64,000 bases of DNA, taken from NCBI GenBank assembly GCA_934140155.1, contig CAKPBC010000008.1:1-64000 (forward strand). Direction: 5' to 3'. The notes below the pieces were generated by a model. It was not told the origin of the DNA, searched no databases, and saw only the letters and a list, made by a program, of their open reading frames with translations. How positions within the stretch are numbered: the stretch's first letter is position 1; every line of letters begins with the position of its first letter. Positions 1 to 10,170 of this stretch are shown piece after piece. The DNA comes from an uncultured Bacilli bacterium. GTDB taxonomy: Bacteria > Bacillota_I > Bacilli_A > RFN20 > CAG-826. Both the position numbers and the translations under genes were made by a program.

Positions 1-149
1 TCCATTGTTTTTTCCTCCGACACTATTCTATATCTTGTTCGATTCTTTTCTATTACGGTCGATCTTTTTCGCTTACTGTAAAGCAAATAAAATTCAATTT
101 TCAAAGCAAAATATTGCATTTTAAGCATAAATTCTGCTGTTTTTGCAAC

Positions 150-178
150 AAAAAAGCCTGATAGCATTGTATCAGACC
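150..178 (-). terminator. Rho-independent terminator downstream of tRNA-His (hairpin CTGATA..TATCAG followed by T-run on minus strand)
   Basis: Inverted repeat cctgatagcattgtatcagg with A6 on plus strand (U-run on minus transcript). Confidence 0.5.
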
Positions 179-191
179 TATTCTACTATTA

Positions 192-268
192 TGGGGCGGA
201 CAATCAGAATCGAACTGACGAATGTCTGGTTCACAGCCAGATGTGTTAACCACTTCACCATGTCCGCC
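192..268 (-). tRNA. tRNA-His (anticodon GTG), with extra 5-prime G(-1) pairing C73 and encoded CCA
   Basis: Reverse complement folds as cloverleaf: acceptor GCGGACA/TGTCCGC, anticodon stem TCTGG/CCAGA with loop CTGTGAA, T-loop GTTCGATTC, 3-prime CCCA. Confidence 0.85.
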
Positions 269-319
269 ATGCATAGATTATTCTACACGTAATATTAGCA
301 AAAGTAAAGCATTTTTTGC

Positions 320-1120
320 TTAGTCAAGAAACATTTTACGCATTTTATTAATTTTTGCATCAGTTAAACCGATTTTACTATATAAAAAATTATGCATACT
401 ACCATATTCTTTATCAATTAAGTCATAAATATTTTCTAAATATTCTCTTTTAATGCCAAATAATGCTTTTACAACTTGATCAATTAAAGGATAATCATAG
501 TCTTTTTTAATATCCGCAATCATCTTATTAACATCATTTTTTGTATATTCATTAGTTAATAAATAATCTTGAATGATTGTTTCTTTATCAACACCTAAGC
601 ATTCTAATACTAAGAAAGTTGCAAATCCTGCACGATCTTTACCAGCCGTACAATGCCATAAACTTGCACCATTTTCGTTTTCAATTAATAAATCAATAAA
701 TTTGGCATATTGATTTAAAGCATAATCACTATTAATAATGCTTTCATAAATATCTTCCATATATTTTTCAGCACGTTTAACATCATTAGCCATATCTAAG
801 ACAATCATTTTTACAGTATCATTATCCGATTTCTTATCACGGGTAATCCCTTTAGTAATTTCTTTCATAATTGGATTAAAAACATATTTAACGCCTGGCA
901 TTTTTGGATCTGGTTTTTCTTCTTTTTCCGCACTAGAACGGAAATCCACTACTAAAGAAAGATTATATTCATTTACTAATGTATCTTTATCTTTTACACT
1001 CGCAAAGAAAAGCTGACCACTTCTAATAAGCTTGTGTGGTTTAATTCTATGTCCATCCTTAGTAATCATTCCGCCTAAATCACGGGTATTAATAAGGTTA
1101 TCTAATTCAATTCTTGCCAT
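320..1120 (-). CDS. Protein-tyrosine phosphatase-like protein (Y_phosphatase3 family)
   Basis: CX5R P-loop HCTAGKDRAG; N-terminal NTRDLGG..RSG..VVDFRS pattern typical of the family. Confidence 0.7.
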   Translation of the reverse strand: MARIELDNLINTRDLGGMITKDGHRIKPHKLIRSGQLFFASVKDKDTLVNEYNLSLVVDFRSSAEKEEKPDPKMPGVKYVFNPIMKEITKGITRDKKSDNDTVKMIVLDMANDVKRAEKYMEDIYESIINSDYALNQYAKFIDLLIENENGASLWHCTAGKDRAGFATFLVLECLGVDKETIIQDYLLTNEYTKNDVNKMIADIKKDYDYPLIDQVVKALFGIKREYLENIYDLIDKEYGSMHNFLYSKIGLTDAKINKMRKMFLD

Positions 1121-1136
1121 TTTTTCTCCTACTTAA

Positions 1137-2078
1137 TTAAATTTTTAATTTAAAATATTTCTTTTCACTACCTACTTTAAATCCATCATGATTAATTTCA
1201 TAAGTGAATTTAAATAGATTATCTTTTACATCTTCATTTTTATTAAATTTATCTATTATATAACAAACTTTTGAAGCATCTACTTTAGCATTTTCATATA
1301 AATCAAAGAATGATTCAAAACGCATATTTCCATTTGTGGCGTTAAGCCATTTGTTATGTTTTTCATTAAAAATATCATATTTAACTAATTTTTTAACACT
1401 TAATGGATCGCTCATAGCGTTTAAAGGAGTATTATGAGCAAAAGCTATAAATAATATTTTTTTAATCTTTAATGGTGAAGCAAGAAAAGAATAAACAAAG
1501 TGCATATCTTTAACACCATTATAATAACTTAACTCATCAATGTATTTATTATTAAATAAATCAAGCGCTAAATATTTAAACATCTTAGATACAATCTTTA
1601 ATTCTTTATCATTACAGTTAAGCATAGCTTTTTTACTTAATTTTAAATTATGTTTTTTCATTTCTAAAGCATCTAAATATGATTCAAATGTTGCATGCTT
1701 TAATCCATATTTTTTAGCTTCTTTAGAATCATTTGAAAATCCTGAAGAATAAAATATATATGGATGGGCATTACGATCCAAACAATAATGGAACATAAAT
1801 CCTTTAATAAATGCTAATAAAATTTCTTTATGTTTTTGATGACGTTTAACATATTCAAACATGTAGTTATAAATAACACTTGGATCAATATGATGTAAAA
1901 AACTTCCAAATGCTTGTACTTCTTTTTTGTTTTGTCTTTTAGAAAAAGAGAATCCATAAAAGAAGAATGGATCAGGTCCTTGTCCCGCTAAAGAGATAAG
2001 GTCATGATATTTATCATCTTTACTTATTAAATCATTTACAAATATATAATGCGTTGCAATTGCAGGCATATTAGTCAT
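1137..2078 (-). CDS. Zinc-dependent phospholipase C family protein
   Basis: 313 aa; N-terminal MPxxATHYIF histidine-rich start typical of Firmicutes zinc-dependent PLC-like proteins; weak assignment. Confidence 0.4.
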   Translation of the reverse strand: MTNMPAIATHYIFVNDLISKDDKYHDLISLAGQGPDPFFFYGFSFSKRQNKKEVQAFGSFLHHIDPSVIYNYMFEYVKRHQKHKEILLAFIKGFMFHYCLDRNAHPYIFYSSGFSNDSKEAKKYGLKHATFESYLDALEMKKHNLKLSKKAMLNCNDKELKIVSKMFKYLALDLFNNKYIDELSYYNGVKDMHFVYSFLASPLKIKKILFIAFAHNTPLNAMSDPLSVKKLVKYDIFNEKHNKWLNATNGNMRFESFFDLYENAKVDASKVCYIIDKFNKNEDVKDNLFKFTYEINHDGFKVGSEKKYFKLKI

Positions 2079-3426
2079 CTCCTATATCAAAATTTTCAAA
2101 TCCACTTTTCTTATCATCAAGTGGCTTATGAGTATTCTTAATAAATATAAATACAATTAATGCTAAAATCATAAATCCAGTTGCGTAAGCAAATAAGCTT
2201 TCATATCCTAAAGCATCCATTAAGAAACCAACACAAATTGGGGTAATAGATTGAGCTAGCATTGATGATGTGTAATATAAACCAGTATATTTACCAACAC
2301 TATTTTTATCAGACATTTCTACAACCATTGGGTAAGAAGAAATATTAATAAATGCCCAGCCAACACCTGAAATAACAAATAGTAAAATATAAACAATTAA
2401 ATTAGTTTTTAAACTTGTTTGTGAACAAATAAAACATCCGCCTAAGCTAATAATCATTAGTCCTAAACCTAAAATGATAGACCATTTTCTTCCAATTTTA
2501 GAAACTAACTTTCCTGCTGGAATAAATGTAATAAGTGACGCTACTGTAAGAGCTACTGTGGCAATAGATACCGAGCCCTTATTCATTACTTCAATACCAT
2601 ACGTTGACCAGAATGTTTCAACAGCGTTAAAAGCCATATACCATAAGAATATTGAAGCAATTAATAATACAAGATTAGTTTTATCTTGTTTTGTTAGTTT
2701 ATGGTCTATCTTACTAGCGGCTTCTGTTTCCGCTAATTGTTCACCTAACTCCATATCAGATTTCATTTCTTCTACTACTTTATTTTCTTTAATCTTAACA
2801 ATTAGAATTATTAAAGATACAAGCATCAAAACTGATGTAAAAGCAAATGGAATAATGAATAAGTAAGGATTAGGAATTTCTGTCTCAATAGTTGGCATTT
2901 TAAATAAGGAAATCATTTGAATTGCACCAGCAAATATTGCACCAATATAGCCAACAAAGTTAATAATTCCGTTCGCTGTTGCTCTAAGTGGTTTAGGTGT
3001 GACATCAGGCATCAAAGACACAGCAGGGTTTCTAAACATTTGCATAAATATAAGTACTAATCCCATTGTCACAATAACACCAACTAAAGAATTCTTAGCA
3101 AAGAAGAATGGAATAAATGGGAATAAAATCATCGAAGCAACTGTTCCAATAACAATAAAAGGCATTCTTCGACCATATTTTGAATGGGTCTTATCTGATA
3201 AGTTACCAAATAGTGGTAATAAGAATAAAGCAAGAACATTATCCATCGCCATAATTATTCCGATAAGATAGTTATAATCTTTATCGCCATAAGTGCTTTT
3301 AAGTAAACGTGCTAAAAACAAAGGGCAATAATAATTATACATTTGCCATAACATTAAAATTGTAAAGAATGTTAAGCCAATTATAAATGTTCTTTTATAA
3401 TTTAGTTTTAGTTTTTTCTCTTCCAT
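2071..3426 (-). CDS. MFS transporter
   Basis: 451 aa, about 12 predicted TM helices split by a charged central loop. Confidence 0.65.
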   Translation of the reverse strand: MEEKKLKLNYKRTFIIGLTFFTILMLWQMYNYYCPLFLARLLKSTYGDKDYNYLIGIIMAMDNVLALFLLPLFGNLSDKTHSKYGRRMPFIVIGTVASMILFPFIPFFFAKNSLVGVIVTMGLVLIFMQMFRNPAVSLMPDVTPKPLRATANGIINFVGYIGAIFAGAIQMISLFKMPTIETEIPNPYLFIIPFAFTSVLMLVSLIILIVKIKENKVVEEMKSDMELGEQLAETEAASKIDHKLTKQDKTNLVLLIASIFLWYMAFNAVETFWSTYGIEVMNKGSVSIATVALTVASLITFIPAGKLVSKIGRKWSIILGLGLMIISLGGCFICSQTSLKTNLIVYILLFVISGVGWAFINISSYPMVVEMSDKNSVGKYTGLYYTSSMLAQSITPICVGFLMDALGYESLFAYATGFMILALIVFIFIKNTHKPLDDKKSGFENFDIGDD

Positions 3427-3550
3427 ATAATTATACCTCTTAATGAGTTTATCACAAATGTTGTAACTTAACCATCATATAAATGTAAAAATGAAAAAAT
3501 TTATTTTACAAATTTATCTTTGTTAATAAAAATAAAGTACATAATTATTC

Positions 3551-6223
3551 TTATTCAAATACTGATATTTTTTTCTTCCTTTTAAGCATCTTTTCATTAA
3601 TAGTTATGAATGATTTTTTCTTACATTTTATTAACTTTTTTCGACCTTCTTCGTTTCTTGTATAAAATATTTCAAATTTGCCTATTCGTCCTAATAAATT
3701 ATTTTTAAACGCCTCTACCATTTCTTTTTTTTGACCTAATATTGCTGGACAAGCAAAAGAATTTTGATAATCTAGATAATTATATTTTTCAAAAATTAAA
3801 ATATATCGCGGATTATCAATAGGTGAAAAGAATTCATTAATAGCTTGATTAAAGATATTTTGTTCTAAATTATTGGCATTTTTTAAATGTATTCCAATAA
3901 AAATATCATTCCCAGTTGTTTTCACACTTGCCCTATAACTAATCAAATCTGCTTCTTGTAAAGTTTTAAGTAATGCTTTAGAAATATGAACCATATTCTT
4001 TTTAGGAGAAGAATGAGAAATTAAATAATGAATTGATTTTATAAATAAGAAACCAAATATTACAAATAAAATTATCAATAATAAAAGCACAAATAACACT
4101 CTATAAAAAGCGCCATCATAATTTTCTGAAGAAATAAGAATACGTGTAAATATATTTATAATGCCAGCGCTTATTGTTGATTCAAGTGCAATATATAAAG
4201 CTATACCAACGTAACTTAAATAATTAAATGGTTTAATTATTTGAGTAGTTGGAACCTCGATTTCATCAATCAATTTAAAATTCTTAGCTAATGATTTTTC
4301 CCAATTACTTTTAAAATAATCTCTTTTTTTAGATAATTCTAACATTTTTTCATTGATTTTTTTGATTCCATCTTTATTAAAAGGTGGTTTTATTATTGTT
4401 AATCGATCAATTCCACTTTCTATCTCACCAGTTTCATAATTTGGTCCGACGAAGCAATCGAATCTTCTTACTAGTGTGTCATAATCTAATGATGTTATTT
4501 CATTGTAATCCAATTGGCTTTTTATATATGTTGATTTTATTATGTTATTTTCAAATATGTACTCTGGTTCTATTGTCACTAGATGCCAAATATTAGCAAC
4601 TTTGTTAGGATTACTATTATCTTTTCTTATTGCTCTACCGCGCATTTGATTAGAAAGCATAAAGCTTCCTACAAAACTAGCAAGAATTAATGTATTAATA
4701 CAAGGAGAATCCCAGCCTTCACCTAACAAAGATTTTGTTCCAATTATAATATTGATTATTCCTTCCTTAAATAATTTCGAAGCAATATCCACTTTTTCTT
4801 TATTCTTGATTTTAGAAAAATTAAACTCCGAATAACTGCTATCTTTAATTTGATGAATTTTTGTTTCATAATCATTTAAATATTCTTTGCAATATGTTGG
4901 CAAAATAACTAAATTACCAGATAAAACGCCCATTTTATAATTTGGATTGGCTTTAGCAAGTGATTCAAAAATTGTAACAACACTAATATTCATTGGCTTA
5001 TTATTTGTAAAAACTATATTTAGATTTTCTTTTTTTATATAATCTGTGAGAATTAATAATCTTAAATTATCTCCAAGATTATCGCTCTCATGCTTAGTTA
5101 TTTCAACTATACTATTAAGTTTGCCTAATGAACATATTAAGCTGCGTTTAGAACTCTCTTTTAATGAAAAATTTATTAATCCTTTTTCTAATACTGCATA
5201 TTTTTTTAAAATCTTAAGTATTGTGGATTTTTCTTCTTCATCCAAAATATCAGCATTTAATAAATATTGATACGCTATTTCATAATAAGATATATTCGGT
5301 TCTGGAAGCGAATGATTTATCGTTAATTTATTAATCATTTTCTTATTTAATTCATAGTTTAAGGATTTTAAAATAATCAAATTTGCAATAATTGGTTTAA
5401 CATTTTCATATAAAGTATCATCTTCAGTTTCATAAAGCATATTAATATAATTATTCACTTTACCGTATATTTTTAAATTTCGTAGTTCATTTATAGCTTT
5501 CAAAACGTTCTCTTTGTATTCTTTAAATATCGCAGTTTCTTCCTTTGTTGGGTAATTAAAATATATAAAATCTTGGTGTGGACATAATGTTTGTTCTTTT
5601 ACAAGTTCCGGAACAAATATTTCTTCATCAATTGGTCCGCATACTTTTTCATACCTATCCCATTCTGCTTTTTTAGCATCATATGGTGGTGTTGCAGTTA
5701 AGGCAATTATTTTAATGTCATTGCCTAATTTTTCAATAAATTTTTCAAGTGATTTTTGCCATTCGTTTTGTAAATGATGTGCTTCATCTAAACAAATTGT
5801 TTTAACATTGTGTCTTTTTATTAGTTCGAAAATATCAAGATTACTATAATCTATTACTTCACCATCTTCTTCTACACTAATTTTGTTCATAATTGAATGA
5901 AGAGCTTGGTAAGTTATAGAATTAATCAAAGTGATTTCATGCAAATCATATGAAAAATAATCATCTATATTTTCATTAGAAGGCAAAAAACACTCTCTAA
6001 AACGATCGCCCCATTGATATTTAATGGTGGTGGTTGGTGATAGAATTATTGTCGGTGCATTCAATTTACGAATTAATTCTAATCCTAAAATGGTCTTACC
6101 ACTTCCAGGAGCGGCAACTATATGTATTTTACCATTTAAAAGATATTTATCCGCATTGTTTAATACTCTAGCTTGGTAATCTCTAAATTTTCCTTTAAAT
6201 TTAACATTTTCAAAATTTTTCAT
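3551..6223 (-). CDS. SF2 (DEAH-type) helicase fused to a C-terminal membrane-spanning region
   Basis: Walker A AAPGSGKT, motif II CLDEAHH, TATPPY, motif VI QMRGRAIR; two strongly hydrophobic segments around aa 640-720. Confidence 0.6.
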   Translation of the reverse strand: MKNFENVKFKGKFRDYQARVLNNADKYLLNGKIHIVAAPGSGKTILGLELIRKLNAPTIILSPTTTIKYQWGDRFRECFLPSNENIDDYFSYDLHEITLINSITYQALHSIMNKISVEEDGEVIDYSNLDIFELIKRHNVKTICLDEAHHLQNEWQKSLEKFIEKLGNDIKIIALTATPPYDAKKAEWDRYEKVCGPIDEEIFVPELVKEQTLCPHQDFIYFNYPTKEETAIFKEYKENVLKAINELRNLKIYGKVNNYINMLYETEDDTLYENVKPIIANLIILKSLNYELNKKMINKLTINHSLPEPNISYYEIAYQYLLNADILDEEEKSTILKILKKYAVLEKGLINFSLKESSKRSLICSLGKLNSIVEITKHESDNLGDNLRLLILTDYIKKENLNIVFTNNKPMNISVVTIFESLAKANPNYKMGVLSGNLVILPTYCKEYLNDYETKIHQIKDSSYSEFNFSKIKNKEKVDIASKLFKEGIINIIIGTKSLLGEGWDSPCINTLILASFVGSFMLSNQMRGRAIRKDNSNPNKVANIWHLVTIEPEYIFENNIIKSTYIKSQLDYNEITSLDYDTLVRRFDCFVGPNYETGEIESGIDRLTIIKPPFNKDGIKKINEKMLELSKKRDYFKSNWEKSLAKNFKLIDEIEVPTTQIIKPFNYLSYVGIALYIALESTISAGIINIFTRILISSENYDGAFYRVLFVLLLLIILFVIFGFLFIKSIHYLISHSSPKKNMVHISKALLKTLQEADLISYRASVKTTGNDIFIGIHLKNANNLEQNIFNQAINEFFSPIDNPRYILIFEKYNYLDYQNSFACPAILGQKKEMVEAFKNNLLGRIGKFEIFYTRNEEGRKKLIKCKKKSFITINEKMLKRKKKISVFE

Positions 6224-6249
6224 ACCAATATTATATCATTTTCTCAAAA

Positions 6250-6282
6250 CAAAAAAAATCCCTGATTTTTCATCAGAGATTA
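6250..6282 (-). terminator. Rho-independent terminator after flotillin gene
   Basis: Minus-strand hairpin CUCUGAU-GAAAAA-AUCAGGG followed by U8. Confidence 0.7.
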
Positions 6283-6305
6283 ATTATTTCTAGAAATTAG
6301 TAATA

Positions 6306-7883
6306 TTATTTGCTCTCTTTTGGTGTATCTTCTTTTTTCTTTTCAATTAGTTTTCCACCTAGATACCCAGCAATTAAAGATTTAATATCTAATCCTGTGG
6401 CTTTTTGAAGTCCATCAATTATTTGATTACCATTTTTAGATAATTCCTCTGTTAATTTAGCTGTATTTCCTTCACCATACATCGTAATAGAATCAATTTT
6501 ACTCATTGCAGAAGCCATTGGTTCAGAGTATGCTTTAATAATTTCTGGAAGTACATTAGAATCAAGAATTAATTGTAATGTCGCAGCTTCTCCATATTGC
6601 TTCATTGCATCAGCTTTTGCTTTAATTGCATCAGCTTCAGCTTTACCTTTTGCTTCAATACCTTTAGCTTCCGCAAGTGCAGCTTCTCTCAAAGCATTTG
6701 CCTTAGCAATTTGAGCGGCTGCTTCGGCTTCAGCTTGAATCTTTAAAGCTTCAGCGGCTTTAGTGCGAGCAACTTTTTCAGCTTCTGCCTTAATTTTTTC
6801 CATTTCTGCTTCTTGTTCTAATTCGTATTTTTTCGCTTCGGCAGCTTTTTGACGAGCATATAAATCTGCTTCAGAAGCTTGCTCTTTAGCGTACTTTTCT
6901 GCATCAGCTTGCTTATTAATAGTAGCTTGAAGTTTTCTTTCTTGAAGTTCAACTTCCTTTTGTCCTAATTCTACTTCACGTTCACGCTTAGCAATATCAG
7001 CATTGATTTGTGCAATGTTAATCTCTTGTTTGCGTTTTTGTTCCTCAATAGCATAAGCAGCATCAGCGGTAGCTTTAGCGGTATCTGTTTGTTGTTTTAA
7101 CGCTGATTCTTTAAGTGATAAAGATGTATTTTGTTCTATAATCTTTTGATTAGCTTCAACTCTTGATCTATTAGCAGCTTCTTCTGCATTAGATTTGGCA
7201 ATAGTAACATCTCTTTCTGCATTTGCTTTGGCAATTGCAGCATCTTTTGAAATTTGAGAAATGTTATCAATACCTAAGTTTTCAATCACATGATTATCAT
7301 CAGAGAATGATTGAATATTAAAGTTTACTACTTCAATTCCCATTTTAGCCATATCTGGAACAACATTATCTTTAACTGATAAGGCAACACCTTGTCGGTC
7401 TTGTACAAGTTTTTTAATATCAACTGTACCAATAATTTCACGCATATTACCTTGTAATACTTGTTGAACTTGTTTGATTAAGTCTGATTCAGTCATATTA
7501 AGAATTGATTCAGCCGCACGATCAAGAAGTTCTGGATCAGAAGAAATCTTTAAATTAGCAACACCATCAACACGAATATTAATAAAATTAGATGTTGGAA
7601 TTGCTTCATCAGTTTTAATATCCACTTGAAATACTCTTAATGAAAGTTTATCAATTCTTTGTAAAAAAGGAATTCTAAAGCCAGCTTTACCAATAAGAAT
7701 CTTTCTTTTCCCTAGTCCTGACACAATAATAGCGGTATCCGGTGCCGCTTTAACATAACTACACGCAAATAAAATCAACAATACCACTAGTACAATAACA
7801 CCAATGGTTAGACCAATTGTAACTGCATCTGATAAAAACATAATATTTACCTCCGTTTTATCTTGTATATTTGTAATATACAA
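6306..7883 (-). CDS. floT: Flotillin-like SPFH/band-7 protein (FloT/YqiK-like)
   Basis: N-terminal TM, SPFH domain, long Ala/Glu/Lys-rich coiled-coil repeats (EAEKIKAEAEK...). Confidence 0.8.
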   Translation of the reverse strand: MYITNIQDKTEVNIMFLSDAVTIGLTIGVIVLVVLLILFACSYVKAAPDTAIIVSGLGKRKILIGKAGFRIPFLQRIDKLSLRVFQVDIKTDEAIPTSNFINIRVDGVANLKISSDPELLDRAAESILNMTESDLIKQVQQVLQGNMREIIGTVDIKKLVQDRQGVALSVKDNVVPDMAKMGIEVVNFNIQSFSDDNHVIENLGIDNISQISKDAAIAKANAERDVTIAKSNAEEAANRSRVEANQKIIEQNTSLSLKESALKQQTDTAKATADAAYAIEEQKRKQEINIAQINADIAKREREVELGQKEVELQERKLQATINKQADAEKYAKEQASEADLYARQKAAEAKKYELEQEAEMEKIKAEAEKVARTKAAEALKIQAEAEAAAQIAKANALREAALAEAKGIEAKGKAEADAIKAKADAMKQYGEAATLQLILDSNVLPEIIKAYSEPMASAMSKIDSITMYGEGNTAKLTEELSKNGNQIIDGLQKATGLDIKSLIAGYLGGKLIEKKKEDTPKESK

Positions 7884-7980
7884 ATCAATTTAATTACACT
7901 TAAAATATATCATTAAATTATTAATTTTAAAATAAATTTTTCATTCATTATTTATTTGAGTAAATACAGTTTTATAAAAG

Positions 7981-8011
7981 AAAAAAATCCCTGACTATTA
8001 CATCAGAGATT
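7981..8011 (-). terminator. Rho-independent terminator after dfx; near-identical copy of the 6250 terminator
   Basis: AATCTCTGATG-N8-AGGGATTTTTTT on minus strand. Confidence 0.65.
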
Positions 8012-8026
8012 TAAGATATAAATTAA

Positions 8027-8392
8027 TTATTTAATAGCCCAAAGGCCATGTAAATTGCAATAGCTAATTGCGTTAATAACTTCATCGCCATCAACAAGAG
8101 CAAACTCTACAACTGGTTCTTGACCTGGATGTAATTCACGACGTTGATTACCAAATTTGGTTTGTAAGATAATCCAACCAATATAATGATTATCAAGCAT
8201 TGGATGAATTACTTCACCAACACTAACACGTACAAGATTACCAATTCTTGTTACAACTGGAATATGCTTTTCTTTAGCGGCTTCTGTTGTATTAGGTTTA
8301 ATTTCGACAAATCCTTCAACATTAGTTAAATCGATTTCATCATTTGCAACCGCTAAAACTTTGCCACATTTTTTGCATTCAAAGAACTTCAT
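8027..8392 (-). CDS. dfx: Superoxide reductase / desulfoferrodoxin-family protein (start trimmed to internal Met MKFFECKKCG)
   Basis: N-terminal CKKC, EKHIPVV, C-terminal YCNLHGLW hallmark of the SOR iron centre; the listed ORF extends upstream into rbr. Confidence 0.75.
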   Translation of the reverse strand: MKFFECKKCGKVLAVANDEIDLTNVEGFVEIKPNTTEAAKEKHIPVVTRIGNLVRVSVGEVIHPMLDNHYIGWIILQTKFGNQRRELHPGQEPVVEFALVDGDEVINAISYCNLHGLWAIK

Positions 8393-8393
8393 A

Positions 8394-8927
8394 TTAATAA
8401 TTTTCTTTTCTAACTTCAAAATATGATTGAGGATGTCCACATACTGGGCAAACAAGAGGTGCTTTCTTTCCAATAACTAAGTGGCCACAGTTACGGCATT
8501 CCCACATTGTTTCTTCAGATTTTTCAAATACTGCTTTCATCTCAACATTATTTAAAAGTTTTAAATATCTTTCTTCATGAGCTTTTTCAATTTTACCAAC
8601 TGCTCTAAATTTCATTGCAATTGCTTTAAATCCTTCTTCTTCCGCAACTTTAGCGAACTCTTCATACATATCGGTCCACTCATAGTTTTCTCCACTAGCA
8701 GCAGCCTTTAAGTTTTCAGCAGTATTTCCAATTCCGCCTAATTCTTTAAACCACATTTTGGCGTGTTCTTTTTCGTTATTAGCGGTTTCTTCAAAAATAG
8801 CAGCGATTTGTTCATAACCTTCTTTTCTTGCAACACTAGCAAAGTAAGTATATTTATTTCTTGCTTGTGATTCTCCTGCAAATGCTGCTTGTAAATTTTT
8901 TTCTGTCTTTGATCCTTTTAGTTCCAT
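8394..8927 (-). CDS. rbr: Rubrerythrin (start trimmed to [13 protein letters not shown])
   Basis: Ferritin-like diiron domain plus C-terminal rubredoxin-like CxxC..CxxC ([15 protein letters not shown]). Confidence 0.8.
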   Translation of the reverse strand: MELKGSKTEKNLQAAFAGESQARNKYTYFASVARKEGYEQIAAIFEETANNEKEHAKMWFKELGGIGNTAENLKAAASGENYEWTDMYEEFAKVAEEEGFKAIAMKFRAVGKIEKAHEERYLKLLNNVEMKAVFEKSEETMWECRNCGHLVIGKKAPLVCPVCGHPQSYFEVRKENY

Positions 8928-8929
8928 AT

Positions 8930-9301
8930 TTAATTTCCTTTCTTTTGTTTGCAACTATCACAAATGTAGTGAATTGCTAAGTCATAATATAAGATATCAA
9001 CATCACTATGACTTTTAATATCATCTAAATAGTCAGGTAAGTCAATATCATCTACTAAGCCACACAAATCACATACTTTATGATGATGCGGAGTTAACGT
9101 ATGATCAAAGTGATCTGGTTGATCTACAATTTTAACTCTTAGAATTTTTCCTTCATCTACTAAAGAATTAAGATTATTGTAAATAGTGGCAAAAGTGATT
9201 CCTGGCATCATCTTTTGGGCAATATCATAAATTTCTTTTGCTGTCATATGAGCCATATTGTTTTGAACTATATCAAGAATTAATCGCCTTTGCTTCGTCA
9301 T
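8930..9301 (-). CDS. perR: Fur-family peroxide-responsive repressor (PerR-like)
   Basis: Fur-family [13 protein letters not shown] and CDSC metal sites; located upstream of rbr-dfx. Confidence 0.7.
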   Translation of the reverse strand: MTKQRRLILDIVQNNMAHMTAKEIYDIAQKMMPGITFATIYNNLNSLVDEGKILRVKIVDQPDHFDHTLTPHHHKVCDLCGLVDDIDLPDYLDDIKSHSDVDILYYDLAIHYICDSCKQKKGN

Positions 9302-9314
9302 ATAATCTCCTTTT

Positions 9315-9329
9315 TTAGAATCATTCTAA
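9315..9329 (-). promoter_or_regulatory. Per/Fur box (7-1-7 inverted repeat TTAGAATCATTCTAA) between -10 and RBS of perR
   Basis: Perfect 7-1-7 palindrome resembling Per box TTATAATNATTATAA. Confidence 0.6.
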
Positions 9330-9341
9330 AATTCTATTTTT

Positions 9342-9369
9342 ATTATAACAAATTAAAAAATGTTTGCAA
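9342..9369 (-). promoter_or_regulatory. Sigma-A type promoter of perR operon (TTGCAA-16-TATAAT)
   Basis: Read on minus strand: TTGCAA..16 nt..TATAAT then Per box then AAGGAG RBS. Confidence 0.5.
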
Positions 9370-9378
9370 TACCCTTTT

Positions 9379-10170
9379 TTATTTTTCTTCTTTTATTGAT
9401 AAATATACATGACTTTTATAATTATTTTCATTAAGAACTTCTTTGTTCCAAAATTTCATTGCTTCTTCATAAAAATAATCAGCATTTTCATTAACACTCA
9501 ATCCCTCTTTTGGACGAATTACATGTGAAAAAGTAAGGTTCATTCTTGGCTTCATCCATTTAAATAAAGGTTTTCTAAAAGTTTCTGCACAAACAACAAT
9601 TGGTTTATTACTCATTGCAGCATATTTAAAAGATGTTTTTTCAAATTTTCTTAAACCAGTATAATAAGGCCATAATGTTCCTTCTGGATAAATAGAAATC
9701 ATAGCCCCTTTATTAACTAATTCTTTCATTGCTTTATTAAAGCCACGAATATTAGTCATGTTATTAGGTAAAGGTAAACATCCTAACATCATGACTAAAG
9801 TTCCTATAATAGGAATATTTATAGGATCAGCATGTGATAAAACATATGTTCGACGTGGAAAGCCTGCAAATATATGCGATAAAAAAGCATCATAATAATG
9901 ACAGTGATTAGAATAAAAGAATACTCCTTCTTTTTTATTTAATTCTTTGCGTAAATACTTTTTATTTTTGACTTTAACGCCTAAAACAATTTTACTAACT
10001 ACCCACAATATTGGAAAAGCGATAATATAATAAACAATAAAACTAAAAAAACGATAAAATATATTATGGTGAATATATTTAAAATTATCTTTTAATGGCT
10101 TTGAATTATGAGCAATAGTTCCAAAGTCATCTTGCATATCTTCATGATAATAATATGTTTTCTTTTTCAT
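9379..10170 (-). CDS. Lysophospholipid/1-acylglycerol-3-phosphate acyltransferase (PlsC family)
   Basis: NHxxxxD motif (NHCHYYD) and PEGT motif (YPEGT), N-terminal TM. Confidence 0.65.
   Translation of the reverse strand: MKKKTYYYHEDMQDDFGTIAHNSKPLKDNFKYIHHNIFYRFFSFIVYYIIAFPILWVVSKIVLGVKVKNKKYLRKELNKKEGVFFYSNHCHYYDAFLSHIFAGFPRRTYVLSHADPINIPIIGTLVMMLGCLPLPNNMTNIRGFNKAMKELVNKGAMISIYPEGTLWPYYTGLRKFEKTSFKYAAMSNKPIVVCAETFRKPLFKWMKPRMNLTFSHVIRPKEGLSVNENADYFYEEAMKFWNKEVLNENNYKSHVYLSIKEEK

Noticed and set aside
1540-1752. 70-aa ORF on plus strand inside phospholipase-C-like gene
   Set aside because: Fully nested antisense to a longer, better-supported CDS; low-complexity AT-rich translation
2474-3271. 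Plus-strand ORFs of 130 and 90 aa inside the MFS transporter gene
   Set aside because: Antisense shadow ORFs within a membrane-protein gene; no RBS
4384-5270. Plus-strand ORFs inside the helicase gene
   Set aside because: Antisense to a motif-rich helicase CDS
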